Below are positions 49,523-61,754 of a DNA stretch of 64,000 nucleotides, in pieces. This DNA is from Epiperipatus broadwayi (taxonomy: Eukaryota; Animalia; Onychophora). The notes under the pieces are model-generated. The model had not been told where the DNA came from, did not search any database, and was given only the letters and a program-made list of their open reading frames with translations. The DNA lies in NCBI GenBank assembly GCA_028023455.1, contig JAQFVV010000004.1, positions 23,436,001 through 23,500,000 of the forward strand, written 5' to 3'. The position numbers and the translations under genes are program-made. How positions within the stretch are numbered: the stretch's first letter is position 1; every line of letters starts with the position of its first letter.

Positions 49523-51568
49523 CTAAATAGTCCAGCGTTTAGAGATGTCGAAGCAGGTGTCACGTCTATTGATAGAGTTGTTATTGTTATTGATGTAGTA
49601 CGCTTCTCTGATCTTCCGCTTAATGTCGTTTTTCTCGATACAGACTATTTTAGGGTGGGAAGGTTCAAATAAATGTCCAGTCTTCTTGGAGTGTTCCAAA
49701 AATGTTGATGAGTTATCGTTGTTTTTCATAGCTCTATTATATGTGTATCTGTGTTGTGCTGTCCGGGTGATTGTGCCTGCCTTGGTTTCTCCAAAATAAA
49801 TGGCGCGGCAACCGGGTTGTGGGCAAGTTATGCTGTAAACGACATGGGGGGTCTGAGAAGGTTCTATTTTGTCCTTGGAGTTATTGATGAGACGATTAGT
49901 GCAAGGGGGTGTATGAAAGCTGATTTTAAATTTATTGTCTAAAACCTTGATTAGTTGGTGGGAGATTTTAGGGATGTGTGGAAGAGTGATATATGGAAGT
50001 TTATTATTGTTTTTATTAAGGGTGATTTTTGTATGAAACTGTTTGATTTTGTTGTTGATAGTGTGAAGTTTATAGCCTGCTTGTAGTAGATCTTTGGTGT
50101 AGAGATGTATGTTGTTCTTTCGATCTGCCTCAAACTTGCACAGCTGCATATTTCTGTGTAGGAATGCTTGTAGTCCTGCTAATTTATGAGAGTTAGGAAC
50201 GTTAGACTGAGGATGTATAAAGCCTCTGATTTCAAAAGGCTTTATAATCATTGAATAATTTATACATAGTTCATCGCGCGTTAACTTAAGATCCAGGTAA
50301 TTTAGGCTTTGGGATGCATCCTCAGATGTGGAATTAATGGTTAGATTAGTGTTGTCCGTTAGCTCTTGTATAATATTGTTTGTGGTGTGCTGATTGGCTA
50401 GAATAAGTATGTCGTCTACATACCGCATGTATAAAGTGTGGGGGTTGTCAACTTGGTGTTTAGGCACTATTAGTTTTTCGCAGTAATTAAGAAAAATGCT
50501 AGTTATGATTCCGCTGAGGGGGAGGCCCATCGGCCATCCACTTTTCATATTGTACCAAGCGTGCTCAAACGTTGTGTATATATGCTTATCCATCCAAGTT
50601 AAAAATGTAATGATGAAATTAATGCGTTCAGATGACATTGTATTGGTGAGTTCTTGTTGGATAATGTGAATAGATTGTTTTCTGTCCACAGACCCATACA
50701 ACTCTTTGACGTCAAAGGTGGTCATTCGGAAGTTGTTACAGATCGTGGCTTTTTTGATTTTCTCCACGACCTGAAAGGATGAATTAACAGAAAAATTCCC
50801 AAATCCCAGGCTGTCGATTAGTAGTTGATTAACCATTGTTGCAGTTTGAAAGTAATGGACTCCCCCAAAATCCATCATTAGACGCAGAGGTTCGCCTGGC
50901 TTGTGGAGTTTAATGTTGGCAAACACTCTAGGAGCTTTGGTGGAGGAAGGATAAACTCGGTAGTATTCTGCGGTAGAAATGCCTTTGTTTTTATAAGGAC
51001 GGAGAATGGATGCAATAAACTTATCGCGGTTAAGCTTATTGTTGAATTGTGTGACAGGAGTGAGTTGTAGATTTGTGATTTGTTCTATTATTTTATGCTT
51101 ATAATCTTGCGAATTTAATAGCACAAATCTGTTGCCCTTATCTTCTTTAAGGCAAATTAAATTATGATGATCAATGAACTGTTTCGTAATTTTAATGTCG
51201 TTATTCCAGCCATGATCTTTTATATATAGCTGTTTTTGTGAGATAGATTTAACTATATTTGTTATGATGCTATCTCTTTGTGGATTATTAATCAAATTTG
51301 CCTCAACGTCAGCGATTAGTTCTAATTTAGGTTGTCTCCATTGTCCTCCTACAAATCTAGGTCCAAGGGATAGGACTCTTGCTATTATATCAGGGGGAGT
51401 GAGGCCAGTTCTATTGACATATGAAGTTTGGAGTAAATCAATATTTATATTTTGTTTATTAGCTAAAAATTTAATTTTCAAAACGAAGCGTTTGCGGTGG
51501 TTTATTTCTGTAAAGTTAAGTTTATCGATAATCCATTGAGGGAGTGATTTGCTGTAATTGTGCTCCAT
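49523..51568 (-). CDS. Penelope-like RT-GIY-YIG polyprotein (681-aa main frame)
   Basis: RT motifs FANIKLHKPGEPLR, TFDVKELYGSV, GWPMGLPLS and YMRYVDDIL. Endonuclease VVYSITCPQPGCRAIYFGET...R..QH...EH...IREAYYIN. No internal stops. Confidence 0.93.
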   Translation of the reverse strand: MEHNYSKSLPQWIIDKLNFTEINHRKRFVLKIKFLANKQNINIDLLQTSYVNRTGLTPPDIIARVLSLGPRFVGGQWRQPKLELIADVEANLINNPQRDSIITNIVKSISQKQLYIKDHGWNNDIKITKQFIDHHNLICLKEDKGNRFVLLNSQDYKHKIIEQITNLQLTPVTQFNNKLNRDKFIASILRPYKNKGISTAEYYRVYPSSTKAPRVFANIKLHKPGEPLRLMMDFGGVHYFQTATMVNQLLIDSLGFGNFSVNSSFQVVEKIKKATICNNFRMTTFDVKELYGSVDRKQSIHIIQQELTNTMSSERINFIITFLTWMDKHIYTTFEHAWYNMKSGWPMGLPLSGIITSIFLNYCEKLIVPKHQVDNPHTLYMRYVDDILILANQHTTNNIIQELTDNTNLTINSTSEDASQSLNYLDLKLTRDELCINYSMIIKPFEIRGFIHPQSNVPNSHKLAGLQAFLHRNMQLCKFEADRKNNIHLYTKDLLQAGYKLHTINNKIKQFHTKITLNKNNNKLPYITLPHIPKISHQLIKVLDNKFKISFHTPPCTNRLINNSKDKIEPSQTPHVVYSITCPQPGCRAIYFGETKAGTITRTAQHRYTYNRAMKNNDNSSTFLEHSKKTGHLFEPSHPKIVCIEKNDIKRKIREAYYINNNNNSINRRDTCFDISKRWTI

Positions 51569-51789
51569 CTTTTTCTTTCTTTACGTAATGCATTCTTACA
51601 TCCACGGATAACAAAAGTCAAGAGGCGTAATTGTAGTTTGTCAATGATTTTGTCGCGATTATAAATGGAGTCGTTTATTTTTATTTTGCAGCAGTTTGGA
51701 ACGATGTTAAATCTTTTGCATTCAGACAAGAATGTTAGGCGCTGTTCCAATGTTTTGACTGAAATGCCGAGACGTAATATGAGTTTGGT
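51569..51789 (-). pseudogene. N-terminal PLE coding segment, out of frame by one nucleotide
   Basis: TKLILRLGISVKTLEQRLTFLSECKRFNIVP...NALRKERK resembles the PLE N-terminal L.FL..C....P motif. Adding one A to the A5 run at about 51570 joins it to MEHNYSK. Confidence 0.8.
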
Positions 51790-51796
51790 TTATAAA

Positions 51797-52290
51797 TCAG
51801 ATTGTTAATGTAAAACATAATGACTAAAATATATCACAGAATTGAACATGTATTAAAGGATTTTGGGAGAAATAATATCCTAAAAAATATATCTATATGT
51901 TTAAAAACAAAGATTTTAAATGGAGGTATTTATTACTTTATACATATAAATCTAAGAATTGAATGCTTAAAAGATGAGCAATAATGAATAATTTAAACCA
52001 TACAATAGATTATAGAAAAACATTCACAATAGAGAAATAAAAATACATGGGTAAAAGAACAAGCTAATATTATTAACATCATTAAAATAATTATAATGCT
52101 GAAATGGAGCTGACCTAGATATATTGTTAAAAGAGATAATAATAGAACAATCAGTATTAACTCAGTCCCAGAAATTGCAAAAGATCTAGACAGAGGTCAT
52201 ATGTGACATATATGGATAAAGAAGTTTGCTTGAATAATGTAAAGAAGAGAAATTGTGGATTAGAAAAACTGGATTAAACTTTACCCTGCA
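51797..52290 (+). mobile_element. RTE-clade LINE, 3' part, resuming after the PLE
   Basis: QIVN...HRIE..LK.FGR.NI, then W.KEQ...I...LKWS....RD..R...PRNCKRSR.R. It continues the frame broken at 49312. Confidence 0.8.
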
Positions 52291-55200
52291 GTAGCTGACT
52301 ATGATCAAGTCTATATAATCTCATATTTAAGAGTTACAAAAATTTATCACAGATCAAAATGATTGTGAAAAAAACACCTTTGTAACATTATTTTTACCTA
52401 AAAAGCTATTGACTATAACAACAACAAAAAAAAATATTAAATATAGTATTAACTTAAAATAGTGAAATAATAACTAAACTTCAAAGCACTTTATTATTTA
52501 AATTAAGACTTTCTAGGTTACTCATTTTTTAATATTAGAACTTATATACATATTAAATGTTTTTTGACATTAGCAACTTAAATAAAAAAGCTGAATTGGT
52601 ATTAATTGATTAACAGTAAAGAATCAATTGTAGAATACAGTATTAAATTTGATGAGGATGAGGGTGGCAAGTTCTTACTATATCTTCGTACAATACACAG
52701 CCAAATATTAGCTTTGAAAAATATAAAGATGATGGAATATATATCTTCAATATCTAACTTAGAATATGTGAGTCTTTGTGAATCATTCTTGAACAAAAGA
52801 AAAATTGATAATCACCAATGATATGGCAGTATTTTTTCAAATCACTGTTCAAAGTTATACGATTTCATTACACTTTGAATGCAACAGTTCTTGATGCAAA
52901 ATGTGGCTTTTATTAAAAAAAGAGAGATGTTCTTTCTATTTTATCTAACTATTGAAAGTGAATACAAAAATTCAATCTGCCTTTAAGCAGGGAACTTAAC
53001 ATTTATTTGATATCAAATCCAAAAATGGTGATCATTCTCTTTACTTTTCAATGACTTAAGACATCTTTATTATAATTTATATAAATGAATTTCATTTTCT
53101 TCTAATACTTAGCACAGAAACAGTCAAAACTAGAAGGACTGATGCAAGAGACTGAAAGCAGTGAATAAAAAACCAGAATAATGATATAAAAATGGGTATT
53201 TGATGTATCACCATAATAATAGTGACATAATTTTACAATGCTTTGGTACATATGTCTGCTTTATATTTATCTGTCTAATAATTCTATAGGGAAAAACATT
53301 TGGTGACATCCTGTATCATCTTATACACACTTGATGAATAAAAATTGTGGAGATTGACTAGATTCAGAAAAAATACATGAATTATTTTTTTTGGCACTTT
53401 TGGAGATAGTCTAATATGATTGTAGAATTACATTTCAGAGAGTGTAAATAATGTGAATTGTAAAATAAAGTGGCACCGAAAGACTATAACTGAAACAGAT
53501 TTGTAGCAAAGTCTTCATCTGACATAAAACTTTTTTATTACATGATAACATTATGACTCACTGATGAATCTAACTTTCTAAAATCTTAACACTGCTGATT
53601 CCTGAACCTGCTGGTGATTGTCAGTTAGCTGTTTGTTTTATTGCTGTGGTAAAGTGGGGGACTTAAGTTCAAGGTCCATGGAGCATAAACATTTTCAGTC
53701 CTTAACCTTCATGTGAATTTTTATGTTAACTCCTAAACACCAAATCATTCAATTATGTAATGTCAACTAAGAAGGAATAGATGAAGTTTGTTTCTGCCAA
53801 TCTTTGGCTTGTCATCGAACTTGTAATATAAATGTCAGTTATTTTCATTGTCCAGTGAAAGCATTCTGCAATTGTTTGTGAAAAATATATTATTTTGATA
53901 TAGTTGATGTTGCCTAATTGCAGCAGAAGAAAGATGGTATCAAATATGATTTAATCTTTTCTACATGCCAATACACATGGGAAGATATTTAATAACATGT
54001 AACAGCAGTATACATCGTTTCATAATCTAAATTGTGAGAAATGGATCAGATTGTTGGGAGGCTGGTATCAAAATAACCAAAGCATTTTCATTTGTTTTTC
54101 TATGTTGTATCAAAACTTAACACTCTTGTATCATTACTTTATTTATAATGAAAAGTGATCTACTCAAAGAGATTCTTGAATTTTATTTGAACTCATTTCT
54201 CATCTATCTATTTTTTTACTTATAGATAACTTTATTTTATTCTCCAGATTATATCTACTAATTTTTATGCCTCTTATGCCATTTTTTGTGTGTGGATAGA
54301 ACACTTTCTATATCAAACAATATATTTTTTTTTATTCTCAAAATTGATAGTTTATATACTTATATAAAAATATAAAATTTTTAACTAAATTCTTCAAACG
54401 GGTTTCAACATCTTACCAAATTATTTTTAGTAAACGATTATTTTCGATTTTTTGTTATATGAATTAAGCACATAAAAAACTTACGTGATTATATCTATTT
54501 AAAAGTGATTTGATATGACCTAAAAAAATTAAACTACTTAAAATAATTTTTAAACATGATCTAACAATTGAAAAAATGCACAGGAAGTGATAATTCTATC
54601 TTATAATAATTTTATAACAGTTTAGCACAATTTAGATTTTTCATCTAATTTATTCTTTACTTTTTTTGTGTGTGTGCATGTTTTAAGTAGTAATAGGCAG
54701 AAATTGACAATCATTAGTATAATATAATTCGTTGATCATAAATGAAATATCAAAAAAGGTAGCATGAGACTTCCCAGATTACTTTCAATATCTACATTAT
54801 TGTACTTCACAACTATATGTTGTAAGGTTGAGCAATTAATGGCAACACTTATCAAACACCAGGCTTGTTTTTATCTTCATCAGCAAAAAAACATTTGAAT
54901 TACACACACACGCATTAAGTTTTTGTGGACTTTCCAAGAATCATATGATACTTTGTTTATTATATACCCTACATGCAAAGGATCAAAGTCAACTAAAGCA
55001 ACATTTAACCTAATCATTGAAATATAGTTATTGATCTTAGTTTCACAAGCCACTTGATTTAGTTCAACAACTTATAATGTTTGACTTTCAGATTAGCTTG
55101 GATAGTAAAAATTAAAATAAAATTCGGTATTAGATGCATATGCAAATCCAATATTCCTCACAAAGAAATTAAACTGGAAAATTATAATAGAGGACTCATA

Positions 55201-56282
55201 TAAGTAAAACATTTCTTTTAAAAAATTATATATCATATGATTTATACTAAATAAAAATAAAGAAGTCACCATTGTTTATATATATACAGAGAAAGAAAAG
55301 TTTATAGAACAATTTATTATTTTCTTTGACAATAAAAGAAGCTTTGAAATGGTAAACTAGATTCAAATTGGAAAGATCAAATTATAAGTAGTTAGCTTAA
55401 ATTTTATTATTCCAAAGTTTACTTTGATAAAATAAAAAATCTATTTTTAAATATTTTGTAAAGCAAAAAAACAAAACTCTTTGATTTAAAAAAACCTTGA
55501 AAAAAGATTATAATAATTCTTATTTATTGTTCTTCGAAAAGAAGCAGTATTATAATAGAAATTAAAATGTCAATATTTATATACATAAAAACAATTTTCT
55601 AAAAATTCCAAGTATGTCCTCTGACCCTATAATATAATTTAAGTATTATCCAATTTAGAAAATATATTATAAGTTGTGAGTTCAATAAATAAAAATTAAA
55701 AATTTATTTTTTTAACCCATTCATATGAAACTATATTAAAAAATGATGGTAGATATTTAAAAAAAAAGCTTTGTAAACAGAAGAAATTACTATATATATT
55801 GGAAGAGATAAAAACCATGAGAATCGTTACTGATTATCAACATATATTCAAGTTTATCAAAGCAAATAAATATTTCTTAAAAAAAAAAATGTCAATATCA
55901 AAATTTTCAGAAAACAATATTTAATTAATTAAATATTTATTTTTTACATATTTTTGAAAAACATATAAGTAAATTAAGCTGAAATAAGAGAAAAACAATA
56001 ATCAATTACATAAACTTTAAGCACTCAGATTTAAAGATAATTTTTTAAATAGTGCATAAAAAGATTCCACTGCCATATTGCTAACATGATTATTTCCATA
56101 TATATATAATTTACTTTTCATTTTCAAATGTAAAATGACAGTTTGATTGTTCTATAATCTTCCTTAGAGCTTATAGTATGAAGAGTATTGAATAATCAAA
56201 ACCGCCAGTTTACATTTAAAAATAAATGACAAATTATGTGTAATAAATGCATATGAAAAATAAAGTGATAATTTTTTTTTAA

Positions 56283-56567
56283 TTTATATTAAATGCTTTT
56301 ATTTACCACACAGTAAAAGCGAAAAAATAATTGTTTCTTCAATCACAATTGGATTTTTAGATTTCATTTGAAATAAAAACACTGGGGTTCAGAAATTAAA
56401 TAAGCCAATCCCTTATTTTAAAAATATAGGGATTGACTTAATTAATTTCAGCCCCCTCCCCCATACCTTTATCTCAAGTTAAATCTAAAACCCCCAATTG
56501 TGATTAAAAAAACAGGTTTTTTTTTTTTGCTTTTTAGTGCATGGTAAATAAAACCATTTAATATAAA
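56283..56567. mobile_element. Foldback MITE, family 2 (complete)
   Basis: tttatattaaatgcttttatttacca.../...tggtaaataaaaccatttaatataaa termini. Inner palindrome caatccct...agggattg, homologous to 47582-47790. Confidence 0.85.
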
Positions 56568-57149
56568 AAATGATTTTATCTTTATTTATTTCTAACTTTT
56601 TAGAATTGGCACAGTAAATAAAAATGTAAAACTATGCTGTATTTTAAATTGACTTGATACTTATGTTTGATATATATATATATATTGTAAAGCTAGTAAA
56701 ATATACATTCTAAAACACATACATCTGCATTACATATTTATAATTTAAAAATAAATGATCAAATTTATTAAGAAAAAAAAAACAGTTAAAGTAATATAAT
56801 TAAGAAGATGATTTGAAAACATAATTTTGTAAAATAAAAAGATTGTGTTACATTGTTTTTTTTAAAATAGAATATAACTATTTATTAAGAGTGGGGCGGA
56901 GAAAAGAATTAGGAGAGAAAAAAGCACTCTCTCTCTTCTTTTTATAAGCTAAAAAAAAATAAAAAAAAATAAAATGTCTAAAAATAAATCTTAATGAAAA
57001 ATCTAAAATAAAAAAGATTAATTAATTAATTAGTGAAAGAAAACTTTTGGAATGCCAGTAAGATTCCTGGCTGATAATGAAATTGACAATTGAATTAATT
57101 ACAAACTATCTCATCGGAATAAATGTGATAAGATAGATTAATTTTAAAA

Positions 57150-58300
57150 AAGATTAGATTAAAGAAAAATGTAAAAATTAATTTAAAAATAATTTAAATT
57201 ATGATAAAAATTAAAGATACAATAAAGAAAATAAGGAACAAGAGAGGAAAAGTATAAAAGTTGCAGCTATCTATTGTTAAGTAGTTGATATTCTTGCTTG
57301 AGATTCATTCCATTATTCATTGCTTGATTCATCCAGACATCCAGAGATTCAGAAATCTAAGTGCAGTATAGAGCCAGTCATTACTACTGTGAATAATAAT
57401 GCAGAAGCTGCAGAATTAGCAACATGCATTGCTAGAAAGCCATTGGAGTGTTTAACTGAGCTTCATGCCTCAAGTCCTCAGCAAATCAACTGTCCTTGCC
57501 TGAAACCAACACCCAGAATGAATGCTTAAGTCATAAAATAGATGCTGATACTACTCTCTCTTTCCCATTGTTGAGCCAAAAAATAGATAACAAGCACTGA
57601 AACCATCAATGGAGTCCAAATGGGTGACCAGTTAAAAAGTAACACTAATAAAAATCCAAGCCAATGAAAACCAAACCAAAAAAACTGTGTCATCTTCATA
57701 TCATGAAAAATATAGGTAAATATATCTTTAATAATAAGTGTCTAGATACTTTTTTTTTAAATGAAAAAAACTAATGAAGTATCATAAAATTTAGCCTGAA
57801 ACTAATCATTTATATTTTTTCTAAAAATTTTTATACTGTTATGTTATACTAAAATGTGTGTGCATGAATAAATACTAATGTTTGCTTAATTATTATTTGG
57901 TCTATTCTCTCTCTTTTGTCACTGTGTCACCATTAATTTAAGGACATACATATCTAATGTGTTAAGTTAAATGCACTGGATTGTCTGATTAAGAGTAAGA
58001 GCTAGTTTGGGATATTTCAAGTGCTGGATTGATGTTCCTGTCATCCAAGCATGCCATCTATATAACATATGGTCAGTTGGCATCTGAGTTTGATTCTCAA
58101 AACAAATAAAAATGCTTTGGATGGCAGGTTTGTTCCAGCAGTCAAGGTGGGCTACCATCAAGAAATATGATCGTGATTATGCTTCATATAACCTTGATCT
58201 AGCCATGAGTATCATTGGTGATTAAGCCACCAATGATATTCTCCCCGCTGCTTGTAGTATCAGTTCATTTCTGTAAATATTAATGATATAATTAAACAAT
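57150..58300 (-). mobile_element. Probable decayed non-LTR retroelement
   Basis: GC-richer block. The minus strand shows a YEDDTVF (YADD-like) motif near 57700 and an LG..L...L.W-like trace. No open frame; clade unknown. Confidence 0.35.
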
Positions 58301-58903
58301 TGCATAAAGTAAAAAATAGTAAAAGAGGGGGTCTTATAATAAAGAATGAAATGATAAATATAAAATATATTATTAAATAAATAATATTCTAATAATAATA
58401 AAATACTGATATATCAAGAATAAAAAGTAGCCTATTAAAATAAATAAATATAAGTGCTGCCAAAGTGCAGTCAAGGGAGCCCAAAAAGTTATTTTAAAAA
58501 ATAGTTAAACCTATTAAATGATGTTATGAATAAAAGAAAAAGAAGTATAAAGAATAAATATGCAATGAGCTTGATAATAAGCGTATTAAAGTAAATGGTT
58601 AAAAACTTAGTTATTAAAAAGATATTAATAATAAATTAAGCTTATTAAAATAAAGTTTAATAAAGTTAAAAATAAAGATATAGTAAGTAAACTTGTTAAG
58701 CTGGTTTAAGATAAAAATAAATTTGTAGTATTTTAGTTGGATCTGGTACAAATAAAAAATAGTTATAAACCTATTTAAACAGAGGGATTTGGTTCAAATG
58801 CCATCCAATATGGGTGCCGAGGTACCATAAATGACCCGGAATAATTAAAAATTAAAATTTAAAAAAGGCCAAAATTAAAATAAACACTAAATTACATAGT
58901 GAT

Positions 58904-59369
58904 AAATAAGCAAATATTTTATCTAGCGCCGTGCTTGCAATTATATTTCATTCCAATATCAGCCTTTCAAGCTAATTGAGCACGCGCCTTTTGAGTGTTA
59001 AATTAGCTTGAAAGGCTGATATTGGAATGAAATATAATTGCAAGCATGGCGCTAGATAAAATATTTGCTTATTTACTCATAATTAAGTTTCAGTAAGAAT
59101 GACGTTTAGTAAATTGTAAGTAATTACACCGACGTCATTCAGCCAAAAAACATCGTGAATAGTAATTTAAAGTGAGAATCTACTCATGCTCTCTTTAACA
59201 GTTCTTCAGATTTGCTCATATAAAAGAATTTGAGTCATAGGAATAAGAGGGATTCTTTTTATTCCTGCATAAATACTATATCTTGGATTGAAGAAGAGAG
59301 TATTCATTTATTTAACACTCAAAAGGCGTGTGCTCAATTAGCTTGAAAGGCTGATATTGGAATGAAATA
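58904..59369. repeat. Complex inverted-repeat element: 74-bp near-perfect hairpin plus a third inverted partial copy
   Basis: 58904-58977 pairs with 59001-59074 (one G/T mismatch). 58944-59002 pairs with 59311-59369 (one mismatch). tagtgataaata is directly repeated at 58897 and 59368. Confidence 0.92.
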
Positions 59370-61754
59370 GTGATAAATAGTGAAATCGATGAGCAGTGTA
59401 AGAAAAAAAATAGACCAAGGCAAACAAATTATAATATTAAGAATATAAAATAATTAAAAATATGAAATAAAAAGAATAAGATAGGTAATGTAAATAAAAA
59501 TGAGAGGAAAAAAGCAGTCAGAGAAATAAATAAATTTATTATTGGGAGTTGTTGATAGTCAGGTGGGAATCAGAGGACTGAGAGGATTTTGAGTTAGTGG
59601 AACACTTCGTTCAATCTCAAATATTTAAAAATAACAAAAATAAACCAAGTAAAATAAAATTTTCATTGAAGGTCAGTAATAATTATAAAACTAAATTTAA
59701 TGCATACTAGAGCCAAAACAAAAATGGAGGCTCAAAATAAAGAAAAAAGTAAAATAGAGAAATACACAGAAATATTCAATAAACAAATAGAATGGTTGAT
59801 ATAGTAAACAATTATAGCCTGAATAAAAGGCAGAAATATAATAGAAAGTATGAAATTGGGTATAAAGGAGTTAGCGGACAGAATAGATGAAACTAAAAAT
59901 AAACAGGAATAGAAAAGTGTAGGTATGTGGGCACATTGAAATGGATCACATATTGTAAATCAATTTTTAAAAATAAAAATATTTTTGGGGCAAGCAGGGG
60001 AGGTTCCAATTGAACACCTTAGCAGCCTGGAATGCTATTTCATAGAGAAGCAGCTGAGTGAGGAGGCAATGGTTGCTATCGCGCAAAGCCATATTTAGGG
60101 TAATGCTCAGTTCTAGCTATTCCATATTTACAAAACCAGCTATGTTCAGAGAATATAGGCAATCATTATTAGCAAGTACCAGATGCATCAGGATAAATGG
60201 TGATTGGGTGAACTTTTACTATCATTTTTCTGCCAGCACAAAGTGAAGTTAAGATTGCTAACAGCTAACCCTCTGTCAGAACATTAAATCATACGAATAA
60301 TAAAGCATAATTTCCCACATAATGTAGATAAAAAGGTAATTGGAACTGAATGTAAAATGGTAGAACAGATGGGCAAGTTGCTCTGTGCATTTGTAGTATT
60401 TTGGTTGGATCTGGTATAAATAAAAAATAGTTAAAAAACCTATTTAAATGGAGGGACCCAATTCAATATATATATATATCACATTTAATATATGAAAATA
60501 TTCTTTTTAAGTGAAAAGTGTTTGACATTTTTGCTTTTGGTTGAAAATTTTTAGTTTTTATTTCTAAAAATGCTTACCAATACTATATTGTAAATAAAGA
60601 TCACTTAATATATATATATAATTTTACTTTAAATCAATTTGACATTTATAGTTTATATAAATCACTAGATATTTCTGCAATAAGTACTCCTTATATATAT
60701 ATCACATTTAATATGTTTACATAATTATATATAGGACAAAAAAGCATTAAACAATTTACTTTTCTGATGAAAAGTATTTAACATTTTTTCTTTTTGTTTA
60801 AAAAAAATATTTATTTTTTAAATTACTTAAATGAAGCTTACAGTTGAAACCAAGAGAAATGCTCACATTATTTAAAACATGTTGAAGTTCTAAGAACAAT
60901 TTATAAATTTGATATCAAAATATTTAAAACCTTCCTGTCTACTGTTCCATATTTAAGAAACTAGGCCACTTACCTAAAATATTATTGTGTCATATAACTT
61001 TGGTAATGATTTAAAAAAATATATACAATAGTTTAACAAATTGAATTTAAATCTATTAAACCTTGATTTTAAAATGTTATTATAACTTTAAATTGAAACA
61101 ACAAAAAAATCTCTATATAGCTCTATCATAAGCCTTACTTAAAACACATTAAACTTCTGAAAATGAATTGTAAATTTGATATCAAAATATTCACAATTTA
61201 CATGTCCACTGGTTCAGATCTACGAAACAGTCATCTATCTAAAAAATTATAGTTCCATATTGCTTTGCCTGGTATTTCTTTCTTATGTACAAAATTTGAA
61301 CCAATTTATTAAACTCAGTTTTTAAATTTTTATTCTAACTTTAATAATAAAAGCTACTATAATATTCATGAACAAAATTACAAACAAAGAGAGATTGTAA
61401 CTTAAATAAAAGTATTTAATAATTCTTCATTTTTTACTATAATACATCATATGCAAAAATCAGAAAAAAATGTGGATTTTTTTTAATGAAAGTTCATTTC
61501 ACTACTTCAATGTTCTGCCACACCCATATATAGAAAAGCATTTACAGAATTAAAAATATATATAAATAAGTAAACCAACTATAATAGTTTACAGTGGGGC
61601 AATGAAATATGTTGTATTTTAACTGCATGACTTCAATTATATATTATCCAAAGAAAAATGTAAGCAAACAAAAATGTAAATAAAAAAATTAAAATTTGCA
61701 AATTTTATATTCAAGCAGTCATTTTTTCCCCCACTGTATTCTATACATAATTAT

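Larger units (their letters stand above)
49313..51796 (-). mobile_element. Penelope-like element (RT + C-terminal GIY-YIG), young, with 13-bp TSD
   Basis: tcagattgttaat flanks it at 49300-49312 and 51797-51809. GC-richer with CpGs intact. Carries a long ORF and a hammerhead motif in the 3' region. Confidence 0.95.

Noticed and set aside
49523-51568. Selenoprotein-encoding (Naiad-type) PLE with a SECIS element
   Set aside because: There is no in-frame UGA in the ORF (it ends in UAG), and I saw no AUGA...GA kink-turn SECIS helix. The AUGA present belongs to the hammerhead core.
51560-51580. Programmed -1 ribosomal frameshift in the PLE
   Set aside because: The in-frame sequence GAA AGA AAA AGA does not fit an X XXY YYZ slippery heptamer. 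A 1-nt homopolymer loss is simpler.
54850-55010. Minus-strand reading LNVALVDFDPLHVGYIINKVSYDSWKV as a host exon
   Set aside because: No recognisable family motif and no clear donor before the stop; may be transposon debris.
60460-61330. Diverged local duplications (about 230 bp and about 290 bp periods)
   Set aside because: Old AT-rich tandem duplications with no coding or structural signal; ordinary.
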